Made by a program: the position numbers and the translations under genes
Notes under the pieces: generated by a model
Told to the model about the DNA's origin: nothing
Seen by the model: the letters and a program-made list of their open reading frames with translations, nothing else
Databases searched by the model: none
Shown here: positions 1 through 8,940 of the stretch, one piece after another
Layout of the letters: each line of letters starts with the position of its first letter
Numbering within the stretch: position 1 is the first letter of the stretch
Assembly: GCA_048359995.1 (NCBI GenBank)
Contig: DBGCPK010000017.1
Span: 137,240 to 201,239 of the forward strand
Source: Bacilli bacterium
GTDB lineage: Bacteria; Bacillota_I; Bacilli_A; RFN20; CAG-449
Length of the DNA: 64,000 bases
Reading direction: 5' to 3'

Positions 1-264
1 ACCGAAAGCGGAGGCAAGATCAGCGTAACGCTTAAAAAGCGAGGCGGACAGGCAGTAGTCAAGGTGTCCGATACAGGTTGTGGAATTTCCGCCGAAACAG
101 GCAAACACATTTTTGAGAAGTTTTATCAAGGCGATACTTCACATTCGCAGGAGGGAAATGGATTGGGACTTGCGCTTGTTAAAAAGGTAATAGACATTAC
201 TGGCGGCAAGATTGAAGTGAGTAGCGAACTCGGCAAAGGCACAACATTTAGAATTACGCTTTAA
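1..264 (+). CDS. Sensor histidine kinase, C-terminal HATPase_c fragment (5' partial at window edge)
   Basis: The frame is open from nt 1. G-box-like motifs GLGLALVKKV and GKGTTFRITL sit at the C-terminus. Confidence 0.75.
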   Translation, partial: TESGGKISVTLKKRGGQAVVKVSDTGCGISAETGKHIFEKFYQGDTSHSQEGNGLGLALVKKVIDITGGKIEVSSELGKGTTFRITL

Positions 265-278
265 GCGAGAGGCAATTT

Positions 279-1223
279 ATGTTCAAAAAATTATGGGAAT
301 GGATAAAACATCCGCATGGTTGGGCATTGGTATCGTTCTATATGTTTACGGCGATCTGCATGGCGGGAGCTATTGTATTCAGTATAGTCTGTCAAGAAAC
401 GAACTTCGATTTCTTCGCATACGTTTTTTACGGATTGGCCGCCATGACATTCGGGTATACAGTCTATACAATTGCGAGGATCATTCCGACGATAAAACGC
501 AAAATCACGGAGAGATTAAAGTCCAACAAATTCACGGCAAACGTATTGGAGGATTACGACTTTAAGACGATGGTGTTTGCACTCTTATCGTTCGGCATGA
601 CGATTGTTTTCGCAATAATGAACCTTGCTAGCGCAATCAGGTACAGACTTATTTGGTACGGCGCGATCGCCGCATACTACTTTGTGCTTATATTGTTTCG
701 TGGCGGAATTTTACTTGCAAATAAAAAGTGCGCGAAGAAATTTGCGGAAAATTCGGACGAATACGAAAAAAGCAAATGGAATATTTATCTCAGCAGCGGC
801 GCTTTCCTTATATTACTCGAATTCGCTATGATAGGTGCGGTTACGCAAATGATGCTGTCCGAGCGGCCTACGCAAAGCGGGGAAATTATGGCGATAACCA
901 ACGCCACATATGCTTTTTACAAGGTCGCAATGGCCGTTTACAATCTGATCAAATCCCGCAAATTCAACAATCCCGTTACCCAATCGTTCCGCAATCTGAA
1001 TTTTGCAGATGCCTGTATGTCTATAGTGTCTTTGACCGTGATGATGATTTCTACGTTTGGTGAAGACAATCCGACGGCGGCATTACAGTATATGAAATAT
1101 ATCGTCGGGTTTGCGATGTGTGCCGTTATCGTAGCGATGGCGACGTTTATGATCATACGGGCTAACAAGAAAATAAATATTTTGAAAGCGAGAGGAGAAA
1201 CCGCAAATGAACGACGAATATAA
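279..1223 (+). CDS. Polytopic integral membrane protein of unknown function
   Basis: 314 aa with about 8 hydrophobic helices. Starts 15 nt after the histidine kinase stop. Confidence 0.5.
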   Translation: MFKKLWEWIKHPHGWALVSFYMFTAICMAGAIVFSIVCQETNFDFFAYVFYGLAAMTFGYTVYTIARIIPTIKRKITERLKSNKFTANVLEDYDFKTMVFALLSFGMTIVFAIMNLASAIRYRLIWYGAIAAYYFVLILFRGGILLANKKCAKKFAENSDEYEKSKWNIYLSSGAFLILLEFAMIGAVTQMMLSERPTQSGEIMAITNATYAFYKVAMAVYNLIKSRKFNNPVTQSFRNLNFADACMSIVSLTVMMISTFGEDNPTAALQYMKYIVGFAMCAVIVAMATFMIIRANKKINILKARGETANERRI

Positions 1224-1611
1224 ATTTAATTACTCTTATTCCGCGCCGAACGAGAGCGAGAGGCGAGAGATAGAGAGCATCAAAAAGCAATATATATCGG
1301 CGCCGAAAAAAGAAGACAAACTTGAACGGTTGCGCGATTTGAATAAGCGTGTTATGCAACCGCCGCTTATAATAAGTCTGACGATAGGAATAGTAGGTAC
1401 GCTCGTTATGGGCGTAGGTTTGACGATGGTCTTAGAGTGGAATATCGTTGCTTGGGGAGTGATGACAGGGATACTCGGAGCGGCAATCGCCGCCTTGGCT
1501 TATCCGATTTACAAAGCGATTTTAAATCGCAATAAACGCAAATACGGCGAGCGGATTATAGAACTTTCCGACGATCTTTTAAATGCGAAAGAAGAAAGCG
1601 AAAGACATTAA
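1207..1611 (+). CDS. Small 2-TM membrane protein, paralog of 2212..2580
   Basis: About 40-aa charged N-terminus, two TM helices, and a basic tail YKAILNRNKRKYGERIIELSDDLLN that matches the paralog's tail. Confidence 0.55.
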   Translation: MNDEYKFNYSYSAPNESERREIESIKKQYISAPKKEDKLERLRDLNKRVMQPPLIISLTIGIVGTLVMGVGLTMVLEWNIVAWGVMTGILGAAIAALAYPIYKAILNRNKRKYGERIIELSDDLLNAKEESERH

Positions 1612-1767
1612 AACCTCGATTGTCCGTCGTGTTTCGTAAAATGCGATAGCGAAGAAAAAGGTAGCACATATTCGGTTGGAAAATGATCGAAAGATCGATC
1701 TTTACACCGACAGACTTGATGATAAGGAAAATGTACTGCCGAAGAGGTTACGATTCGATAAAGAAGT

Positions 1768-1796
1768 AAGGCATTGCAGAATGCCTTTTATTTTAC
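1768..1796 (+). terminator. Putative intrinsic terminator
   Basis: Hairpin AAGGCATTGCAGAATGCCTT followed by TTATTTT. Confidence 0.4.
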
Positions 1797-1894
1797 GATT
1801 TTTTAACAAATAACTTACAAAACGCAAACCTTTTATTTGCAAAATATAAACTTTTATCGGTTAGACTATAAGAACAAAACAGCAGGAGGATTAA

Positions 1895-2023
1895 ATGAAC
1901 GCAATAGAAATAAGGAAATTATCCAAAAGCTTTCGCGGCATGTACGCAGTGGACAATCTGAATATGACCGTTCCGCAGGGGGCGATATACGGCTTTATCG
2001 GTGAAAACGGAAGCGGCAAATAG
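1895..2023 (+). pseudogene. ABC transporter ATP-binding protein remnant, 42 codons ending inside the Walker A motif
   Basis: AGGAGGA RBS then ATG. The product MNAIEIRKLSKSFRG...GFIGENGSGK runs into a TAG stop. No downstream ABC signature or Walker B in any frame. Confidence 0.6.
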
Positions 2024-2211
2024 GAATCGGAGCGATAAGCAATTTGATTTTGAACAAGACGAGTTTGGTTTAAGTAAAATAAGACTTGAAGGGCGGTTTT
2101 CTATTTGCAAATTTTTAACAAAAGAATTACAGATCGCTTACAAAGTATTAGCAAAACGCAAACATCGACCGTTTATAATAACAATCATAAAATCAAAAGA
2201 GGAGATTTGTT

Positions 2212-2580
2212 ATGAAAAATCAAGAGAAGTATATCGAAAAAATCAGGGATAGCTACATCACCCGCGAACATACGAAGTTGGACGATTTGAAAGAACTCGA
2301 CAAAAAGGTAAAACTTTTTCCGTCGGTGTTCGCCTATATCTCCGGCTCTCTTGCGGCGCTTATTCTCGGCGCGGGTATGTGCTTCGCAATGCAAGTAATC
2401 GGCACGCCGCTGATGTCGCCTGCGATGTCAATGACGGTAGGCGTAATTGTCGGGTGCGTCGGCATAATTCTGTGCATAACCAATTACTGCGCGTACAAGG
2501 CGATATTAAAAGCGCGCAAGAAAAAATACGGCAGTCAGATCGTAGCAATCAGTAATGAACTGCTAAATCAAAAAGATTGA
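2212..2580 (+). CDS. Small 2-TM membrane protein, paralog of 1207..1611
   Basis: GAGGAG RBS. Same architecture as the paralog and a similar tail YKAILKARKKKYGSQIVAISNELLN. Confidence 0.55.
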   Translation: MKNQEKYIEKIRDSYITREHTKLDDLKELDKKVKLFPSVFAYISGSLAALILGAGMCFAMQVIGTPLMSPAMSMTVGVIVGCVGIILCITNYCAYKAILKARKKKYGSQIVAISNELLNQKD

Positions 2581-2600
2581 GATAAGGAAATTCGGAAATT

Positions 2601-3701
2601 ATGAAAATCAACAACCCCAAAGTAACTCTTGCAGACGAAGCAAGAAACGGCGTACAGGAAGAAGTCAGAAGCGGTTTTCTCGATTGGCTATTTGAATTCA
2701 ATGTCGAGGGAGACGACGGCGAAAACTATATGATAGGCGGCTCGATTCTGTCTATGGCTCTCGAAAAAATGGACTTGGTCACGATGTGCCTTGCCAAAGG
2801 CAAAGGCAGCGTTCGTCAGCTCAAAAACTCTATTTACAAAATCGGCGAATATCCGGGCGGATGCTTAAACGAGTTTTATCGTAATCCGCAGGGGACGCTG
2901 AAAATCGAAAAGCGCGAACACAGCGTTTTCGTTACCTGTGGTAAAGAATACACGGTGGAGTGTTTCGACGACAACAGATGGCGTTTGAAGGTAGATACCT
3001 GCGACGGAAAGTATAAAGCCGATCTTTGGCACAAGCCTTACGGTTATCCGTTGTGGTATGGCAGAGAAAAGCCTTCGCATCTTACGCAACACTCGATTAC
3101 TTACGGTTATAATTGGGCGGGCGATGTGAAAGGTGAATTTACCTATAACGGCAAGACGGTAAAGGTCAAAGGCACGGGGCAGCGCGAAAGATACGTTGCT
3201 CTCGATAGTTCTGCTGCAGAACTCGGCGGTTGGGAAGATTGGGGCTACATCACATTCAACGAGATTCACTCGTCGATGTACGATATGCGGCTCGGTATGA
3301 AAGATTTTTCGGTTTACGATTTGCAAACGAAAAAGTATTATCCCGAAGGAAAAATGGAAATTACCCACGAAGATTGGATTTTTCTGCGCGAACTTGACGG
3401 ATTCGTACCCGAAACGTACAAGATTCGTATCGAAGTCGAGGATGGTGTTTACGAAGTCAAAGCGCACACCTGCAATGCGCGCACTTGGGGAGTCACGTTC
3501 AAAGTTCCCGATCATCCCGTCGCAACCCTTATGTTCGATAAGGTAGAGGGTACTTTCGCATACAAGGACGGAAAAGTAAAAACTCTTACGGGCGGCAGAG
3601 GAACGATGTCGGTAAGACAATGGCACGCATATCCGAACGTCCTTCCCCGCGAACTTTATTCTGACGAAGTTAAATCGGGCGAAAAATTCGATACGCTGTA
3701 A
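2601..3701 (+). CDS. Hypothetical soluble protein, 366 aa
   Basis: Long ORF with RBS AAGGAAATTCGGAAATT-ATG. No signal peptide and no motif I can name. Confidence 0.5.
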   Translation: MKINNPKVTLADEARNGVQEEVRSGFLDWLFEFNVEGDDGENYMIGGSILSMALEKMDLVTMCLAKGKGSVRQLKNSIYKIGEYPGGCLNEFYRNPQGTLKIEKREHSVFVTCGKEYTVECFDDNRWRLKVDTCDGKYKADLWHKPYGYPLWYGREKPSHLTQHSITYGYNWAGDVKGEFTYNGKTVKVKGTGQRERYVALDSSAAELGGWEDWGYITFNEIHSSMYDMRLGMKDFSVYDLQTKKYYPEGKMEITHEDWIFLRELDGFVPETYKIRIEVEDGVYEVKAHTCNARTWGVTFKVPDHPVATLMFDKVEGTFAYKDGKVKTLTGGRGTMSVRQWHAYPNVLPRELYSDEVKSGEKFDTL

Positions 3702-3895
3702 TAAAAATTCAAGGAGAATGTCCGATTTTTATCCTTTCAAGGTTAGGGCGGTCAGCGCAAAAGCCAATACGAGGTAGATAAGGCAAATCGCAAAGCGGCA
3801 AAAGCGCAAGCGAAAGCAAATGGGGGGAATCATCTCCCAAACAAGGCTTTGTCCAGCAAAAGCGCGATAGCATATTGCGGCGAAAGCAAAAGGCA

Positions 3896-3930
3896 AAATA
3901 ACCACAATCTGCGGATTTGGTTATTTTTTA
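3896..3930 (+). terminator. Putative intrinsic terminator
   Basis: AAATAACCA..TGGTTATTT stem followed by TTTTA. Confidence 0.4.
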
Positions 3931-4138
3931 CGGTTTAAGCGCATTGGCCGCAATTTGAAATTCCTCGGCATTCAAAACAATAGGACAGAGAGATCACTTT
4001 TATGGTGAAAAAACCATATGAAATCGAAAATCCTGCGAAGATTGCCTATATTTACGATGTTTTCCGTTTTTTTAGAATTCGATGTACATTTATTTTTCAA
4101 GATAGTAAAATAATAAATGTTGAAAAAGGAGAAAATAA

Positions 4139-6286
4139 ATGCCAAAGAAAGTTTTCGAATTAGAATTCGAAGGGAAAAAACTGAGCGTTGAAACAGGCGA
4201 AATCGCCAAACAGGCCGACGGGGCCGTTTTGGTTCGACTGAATGATACCGCGGTTTTGTCCACCGTCTGCGCATCGGACGAACCGAAAGATGCGGATTTT
4301 TTCCCGCTGACAGTGGGATATGAAGAAAAGCAATATGCGGTCGGAAAGATTCCGGGAAGTTTTCTGCGCCGTGAAGGACGGCCGGGAGAACACGCGACGT
4401 TGACGGCGCGATTGATCGATCGCCCGATTCGCCCGATGTTCTCGGACGGATTCCGAAACGAGGTTCAAATCGTCAATACGGTGCTGTCGGTCGATCAGGA
4501 TTGCACACCGGAAATGAGTGCGATGTTGGGTTCATCCTTAGCCTTGGGAATCAGCGATATTCCTTTCGACGGACCGATCGCCGGAGTATACGTGGGAAGA
4601 GTAAACGGGAAATTCGTCATCAACCCGACGCTTGAAGAAAGAAATCATTCCGATTTGAATTTAGCGGTTGCCGGTACTGAAAACGCGATTAACATGGTGG
4701 AGGCCGGTGCGCAAGAACTGAGCGAAGAGATCATGCTCGACGCGATTCTCTTCGCGCACGAAGCCATCAAGAAACTTTGCCGTTTCGAGAAAGAGATCAT
4801 TGCCGAAATCGGGAAGCCGAAGAGAACGGTTTCCTTGTATCAGGTTTCCGAAGAGATCGAAAATGATGTCCGCTCCCGAGCGGAAGATCGCTTGATCAAA
4901 GCGGTTTCCATCGTCGATAAATTGGAACGATACGCCAAAATCGATGAGATCGACAACGAAATCCGCGCTTCCTACGAGGAAAAAAACTATAAAGACGATA
5001 AAGAACGCAAGTCGACGATGATGCAGGTAAACGATATTCTCGAACAGATTGTCGCCGACGAAGTTCGGAGATTGATTACGGTCGATAAGATCCGTCCGGA
5101 CGGAAGAAAGGTCGACGAGATCCGTCCGCTGGATGCGCAGGTGGACCTCTTCGCTAGAACGCACGGTTCTGCGATGTTCACGCGCGGTCAGACTCAGGTT
5201 ATTTCGGTAACGACATTAGGCCCTCTTGCCGACGAGCAGATCATCGACAACCTGACGGACGAAGACAGCAAGCGCTTTATGCACCACTACAATTTCCCGC
5301 CGTATTCGGTCGGTGAAGTCGGGAGAATGGGATCTCCGGGAAGAAGAGAAATCGGACACGGTGCATTGGGCGAAAGAGCTTTGAGTTATGTGATTCCGTC
5401 GGAAGAGGAATTCCCGTATACGATTCGCTGCGTCAGCGAAGTCGTCGAATCGAACGGTTCTTCTTCTCAGGCTTCGATTTGCGCTTCGACGATGTCATTG
5501 ATGGCCGCGGGCGTGCCGATCAAAGCGCCGGTCGCCGGAATCGCGATGGGACTCATCACTTCCGGACCGTTAGACGGGCAGCATCCGTATACGATTTTGA
5601 CCGACATTCAAGGTATGGAAGACCACTACGGCGATATGGATTTCAAGGTCGCGGGAACCGACCAAGGAATCACCGCATTGCAGATGGATATCAAGATCAA
5701 GGGCGTTACCAAAGAGATTCTGCAAGAGGCGCTGGCGCAGGCTCACAAAGCGCGCGAACAGATTATGAAAGTGATCAAAGGCGCGATCAGCGCACCGCGT
5801 CCGGACGTAGGAAAATACGCGCCGAAACTGGCTCAGATCCGGATACCGGTCGATCGAATCAAGGACGTCATCGGTTCGCAAGGTAAAGTCATCAACGATA
5901 TCATCGCTAAATGCGACGACGTGAAGATCGACATCGAAGACGACGGCAGAGTGGTGATCTACCATATGGATCGCAAGGCGATCGACAAAGCCGTGGCGAT
6001 GGTCGAAGAAATCGTCCGCGAAGCCAAGGTCGGCGAAGTTTACGAGGGGAAAGTAGTTCGAATCGAATCTTTCGGTTGTTTCGTCAATCTGTTCGGCAAC
6101 GTAGACGGAATGTGCCACGTATCGCAATTGGCTTTGGAAAGAGTCAATCACCCGAAAGACGTGGTGAAGATCGGTCAAACGCTGAAAGTCAGGGTAACCG
6201 AAATCGACGAAAAAGGACGGGTCAACCTTTCTCACAAGGAATTCTGTCCGAAACCTGCCAAGAAACCGGAAGAAAACAAGCAGTAA
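4139..6286 (+). CDS. pnp: Polynucleotide phosphorylase
   Basis: 715 aa. Two RNase PH-like halves and C-terminal KH and S1 domains. GGAG RBS. Confidence 0.95.
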   Translation: MPKKVFELEFEGKKLSVETGEIAKQADGAVLVRLNDTAVLSTVCASDEPKDADFFPLTVGYEEKQYAVGKIPGSFLRREGRPGEHATLTARLIDRPIRPMFSDGFRNEVQIVNTVLSVDQDCTPEMSAMLGSSLALGISDIPFDGPIAGVYVGRVNGKFVINPTLEERNHSDLNLAVAGTENAINMVEAGAQELSEEIMLDAILFAHEAIKKLCRFEKEIIAEIGKPKRTVSLYQVSEEIENDVRSRAEDRLIKAVSIVDKLERYAKIDEIDNEIRASYEEKNYKDDKERKSTMMQVNDILEQIVADEVRRLITVDKIRPDGRKVDEIRPLDAQVDLFARTHGSAMFTRGQTQVISVTTLGPLADEQIIDNLTDEDSKRFMHHYNFPPYSVGEVGRMGSPGRREIGHGALGERALSYVIPSEEEFPYTIRCVSEVVESNGSSSQASICASTMSLMAAGVPIKAPVAGIAMGLITSGPLDGQHPYTILTDIQGMEDHYGDMDFKVAGTDQGITALQMDIKIKGVTKEILQEALAQAHKAREQIMKVIKGAISAPRPDVGKYAPKLAQIRIPVDRIKDVIGSQGKVINDIIAKCDDVKIDIEDDGRVVIYHMDRKAIDKAVAMVEEIVREAKVGEVYEGKVVRIESFGCFVNLFGNVDGMCHVSQLALERVNHPKDVVKIGQTLKVRVTEIDEKGRVNLSHKEFCPKPAKKPEENKQ

Positions 6287-6369
6287 GAGCGAGGTCGAAC
6301 GGAGATTTCCGTCGACCTTTTCTTTTGGATAAAAGAGCGAAAAAAACGCAAAATAAATCCGGTGATAAA

Positions 6370-7677
6370 ATGAAATCGATTTGGCTCGAAGATTCGAAAA
6401 AGAAGGAATATCCTATGCTGAGAGGAGAATACGATACCGACATTCTCATCGTCGGCGGCGGTTTAAGCGGTCTTTCTCTGGCATATGAATTGAAAGATTC
6501 CGGATATCGGATTCTCCTTTTGGAACAGAATCGCTTTTATCACGCCACGACCGGATATACGACCGGAAAAATCACTTTTCAGCACGGAAAAATTTACTCC
6601 CGTTTGTATAAAGATTTCGGAGAAAAGACGGCGAAAGCGTATCTGAAAGGAAATCGAAAGGCTATCGCGCATTTGGAAGAAATCATCGAAAGGGAAGACA
6701 TCGATTGCGATTATTCTCCGTGCGATACGGCGATATACCTGAACCGAAAGGAAGCGGAAGAAGAAAAAGCCGCCTATCGAAAATTGGGTATAGAGTTCGA
6801 AGAAACGGCTGACGGCGCATGGATCGGATTGAAGGTGAAAAATCAGGCTGTCTTTCACGTCGTCAAATATCTCGACGGCATATTGAACGTTCTCGACGGT
6901 ATTTCCTCGATTTCGTTATATGAAAACAGCAAAGTCGATCGCGTGTCCGAGAAAGTCGCCTATGGAAAAGAATTTCGCGTCCGCGCGAAACACATCGTCC
7001 TCGCCTGCGCTTATCCCTGCTATCGAAAATTTAATTTTTATTTTCTGCGTCTGAGACCCTCTCTTTCCTTTGTCGGCGTCGGCGAAACGGAAAACGGCTG
7101 TTCTTTTTCGGGAATTCGGGAAGAAAAACCGGTCTTTTCTTTTCGACCTTTGAACGACCGACAAATGCTTTTTGCCGGTTACAGCGAGGATAGTCGGAAT
7201 TTTCCGCCTTATCGGAGTGTCGACTTTTTGCAGGAAATCGCGCGAAAACGATTCGGTTCTTTGCCTTTTTCCGACGTCTGGGTGAATCAGGATTACGCTT
7301 CGGTCGAAGGAAAACCGCTGATCGGGCGGATCAAAGAAGGAATTTATTTTGCAGGCGGTTACAACAAGTGGGGAATCAGCACATCCGTTCTAGCTTCGAC
7401 GATCCTCAAAGATCTGATTCTACGCGGAGAGTCGGAATACGAAGACGCTTTTTCATTGAAAAAAGACCGGAGATATCTTCCGGTCATCGCGAGTTTTTTC
7501 GGCAATATTCCGACTTTTGTCCGATCGAGAATGCAAGGCGGAAAGAAAAAATGCACGCATCTTCGCTGCGGTTTGCGGTACAATCCGATCAGCCGGACTT
7601 TCGATTGCCCTTGCCATGGTTCGCGCTTCGACGAAAACGGCGTTGGTTTCATCGGTCCTGCAAAAAAGGATTTGTGA
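6370..7677 (+). CDS. FAD-dependent oxidoreductase with C-terminal Rieske [2Fe-2S] domain (YhfW-like)
   Basis: N-terminal dinucleotide-binding motif DILIVGGGLSGL. C-terminal CTHLRC...CPCHGS. The start is placed at the internal ATG rather than the Arg-rich track extension. Confidence 0.8.
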   Translation: MKSIWLEDSKKKEYPMLRGEYDTDILIVGGGLSGLSLAYELKDSGYRILLLEQNRFYHATTGYTTGKITFQHGKIYSRLYKDFGEKTAKAYLKGNRKAIAHLEEIIEREDIDCDYSPCDTAIYLNRKEAEEEKAAYRKLGIEFEETADGAWIGLKVKNQAVFHVVKYLDGILNVLDGISSISLYENSKVDRVSEKVAYGKEFRVRAKHIVLACAYPCYRKFNFYFLRLRPSLSFVGVGETENGCSFSGIREEKPVFSFRPLNDRQMLFAGYSEDSRNFPPYRSVDFLQEIARKRFGSLPFSDVWVNQDYASVEGKPLIGRIKEGIYFAGGYNKWGISTSVLASTILKDLILRGESEYEDAFSLKKDRRYLPVIASFFGNIPTFVRSRMQGGKKKCTHLRCGLRYNPISRTFDCPCHGSRFDENGVGFIGPAKKDL

Positions 7678-8703
7678 TCATTCGGGCTTGCTTTGATGCT
7701 GTTTCTGTTCCTCGAGAATATCCCTTTCCTCGTCGTATTCGTCCTCGATTTCGCCGACGAGTTCTTCGAGAATGTCCTCCATGGTCACGATGCCGATGAC
7801 CTTTCCGTTTTTGTTTTTGACGATCGCCATGTGTTTCTTTTCCCGTTGCAAAGTTTTTAAAAGGCGGGAAATCTTGATGCTCGGCTTGGTAAAGACCGGT
7901 TCCATGACGATGGATTTCAAATCGGAAGAATCGTTGAGGAGCATTTCATAGAATTCTTTTTGATAGATCAAACCGTAAATGGTGCTGATATTGGAAGTAT
8001 GGGCAATCGGAAGGCGGGAATGATTGTAGGATTCGAAGATATCCTGAATGGAATCCAAAGAATCGGTATCTTTGACGAAGATGACGTTCTTGGCTTTGGT
8101 CATGATGTCGCCGACTAAAAGATCCCCGTATTCCAACGTGTTGAGAATCAAGTTTTTTTCGATCCCGTTGAGAATGCCGTCCTCGTGAATTTCGTCGACG
8201 AGAATCTGAAATTCTTCTTCGGTCATCACTTCCGGATCTTTGAATCCGCAGATCTTCTTGATTCCTTTCTTAATCAGTTCAAAAAGAAGAGAAATCGGAT
8301 AGAAGATGTAAACTAAAACGTACAGAGGATAGACCGAAACGATCGAGAATTTTTCCGGAGCCATTTTCGCGAAAGTTTTCGGAAAAATTTCACCGAAAAT
8401 CAAAACGCAAACGGTGACGATGATCGTCCCTAATGTCGTAGAAAACGACAGATAAAGGAACAGAATGGTCGCTAACGATGTTCCGACGATATTCACGATA
8501 TTGTTGCCGATTAAAATAGTGGTGAGCAGTTTGTCGTATTTATTTCTGAGTTGAAGCGCGAGTCGAGCGCTTTTGCTTGTTTTGGCGAGTTTTTTCATTC
8601 GGACTTCCGAGAAAGAAGTGAATGCGGTTTCGCTGGCCGAGAAGAAAGCCGATGCCAGCAAAAGAAGAATGAGAGCGGTTAAGATAAGACTGGGGTGATC
8701 CAT
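7678..8703 (-). CDS. CNNM/HlyC-CorC family membrane protein (DUF21 + CBS pair + CorC_HlyC)
   Basis: N-terminal multi-TM domain, CBS pair, and an acidic C-terminal transporter-associated domain. Start taken at MDHPSLIL. Confidence 0.8.
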   Translation of the reverse strand: MDHPSLILTALILLLLASAFFSASETAFTSFSEVRMKKLAKTSKSARLALQLRNKYDKLLTTILIGNNIVNIVGTSLATILFLYLSFSTTLGTIIVTVCVLIFGEIFPKTFAKMAPEKFSIVSVYPLYVLVYIFYPISLLFELIKKGIKKICGFKDPEVMTEEEFQILVDEIHEDGILNGIEKNLILNTLEYGDLLVGDIMTKAKNVIFVKDTDSLDSIQDIFESYNHSRLPIAHTSNISTIYGLIYQKEFYEMLLNDSSDLKSIVMEPVFTKPSIKISRLLKTLQREKKHMAIVKNKNGKVIGIVTMEDILEELVGEIEDEYDEERDILEEQKQHQSKPE

Positions 8704-8867
8704 TTTTGCGTTTTTTTCCTCCTGAATATTAAATAAGATAGCATAAAGTCGGACGATTATCAAGTGAAATCAAACCGCAGGCAGACGAGAAAGCGGGTGG
8801 TTTAACGGAATTTCGCATATCTTTCTTCGAAGTAAATCGCTTTTTTGTCGGAAAGTGCCCCTCAAAA

Positions 8868-8882
8868 ATGCAAGCGCTTTCA
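8868..8882 (+). promoter_or_regulatory. cre-like CcpA operator
   Basis: ATGCAAGCGCTTTCA matches WTGNAANCGNWNNCW. Lies upstream of the pullulanase promoter. Confidence 0.45.
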
Positions 8883-8891
8883 TCTTTTTGT

Positions 8892-8919
8892 TTGAACTGA
8901 AAGATAAATATGTTATGAT
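8892..8919 (+). promoter_or_regulatory. Putative sigma-A promoter for the pullulanase gene
   Basis: TTGAAC, 16-nt spacer, TGnTATGAT (extended -10). Confidence 0.4.
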
Positions 8920-8940
8920 ATCGGTAAATTGGAGGGAAAA

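Noticed and set aside
2865-3626. 253-aa minus-strand ORF inside the 2601..3701 gene
   Set aside because: Antisense shadow ORF. No RBS and an unnatural composition. The sense-strand gene has an RBS and tight spacing to its neighbours.
5911-6369. Arg/Gly-rich N-terminal extension of the Rieske oxidoreductase ORF
   Set aside because: It overlaps the 3' end of pnp in another frame and has biased composition. A canonical start with the dinucleotide-binding motif begins at 6370.
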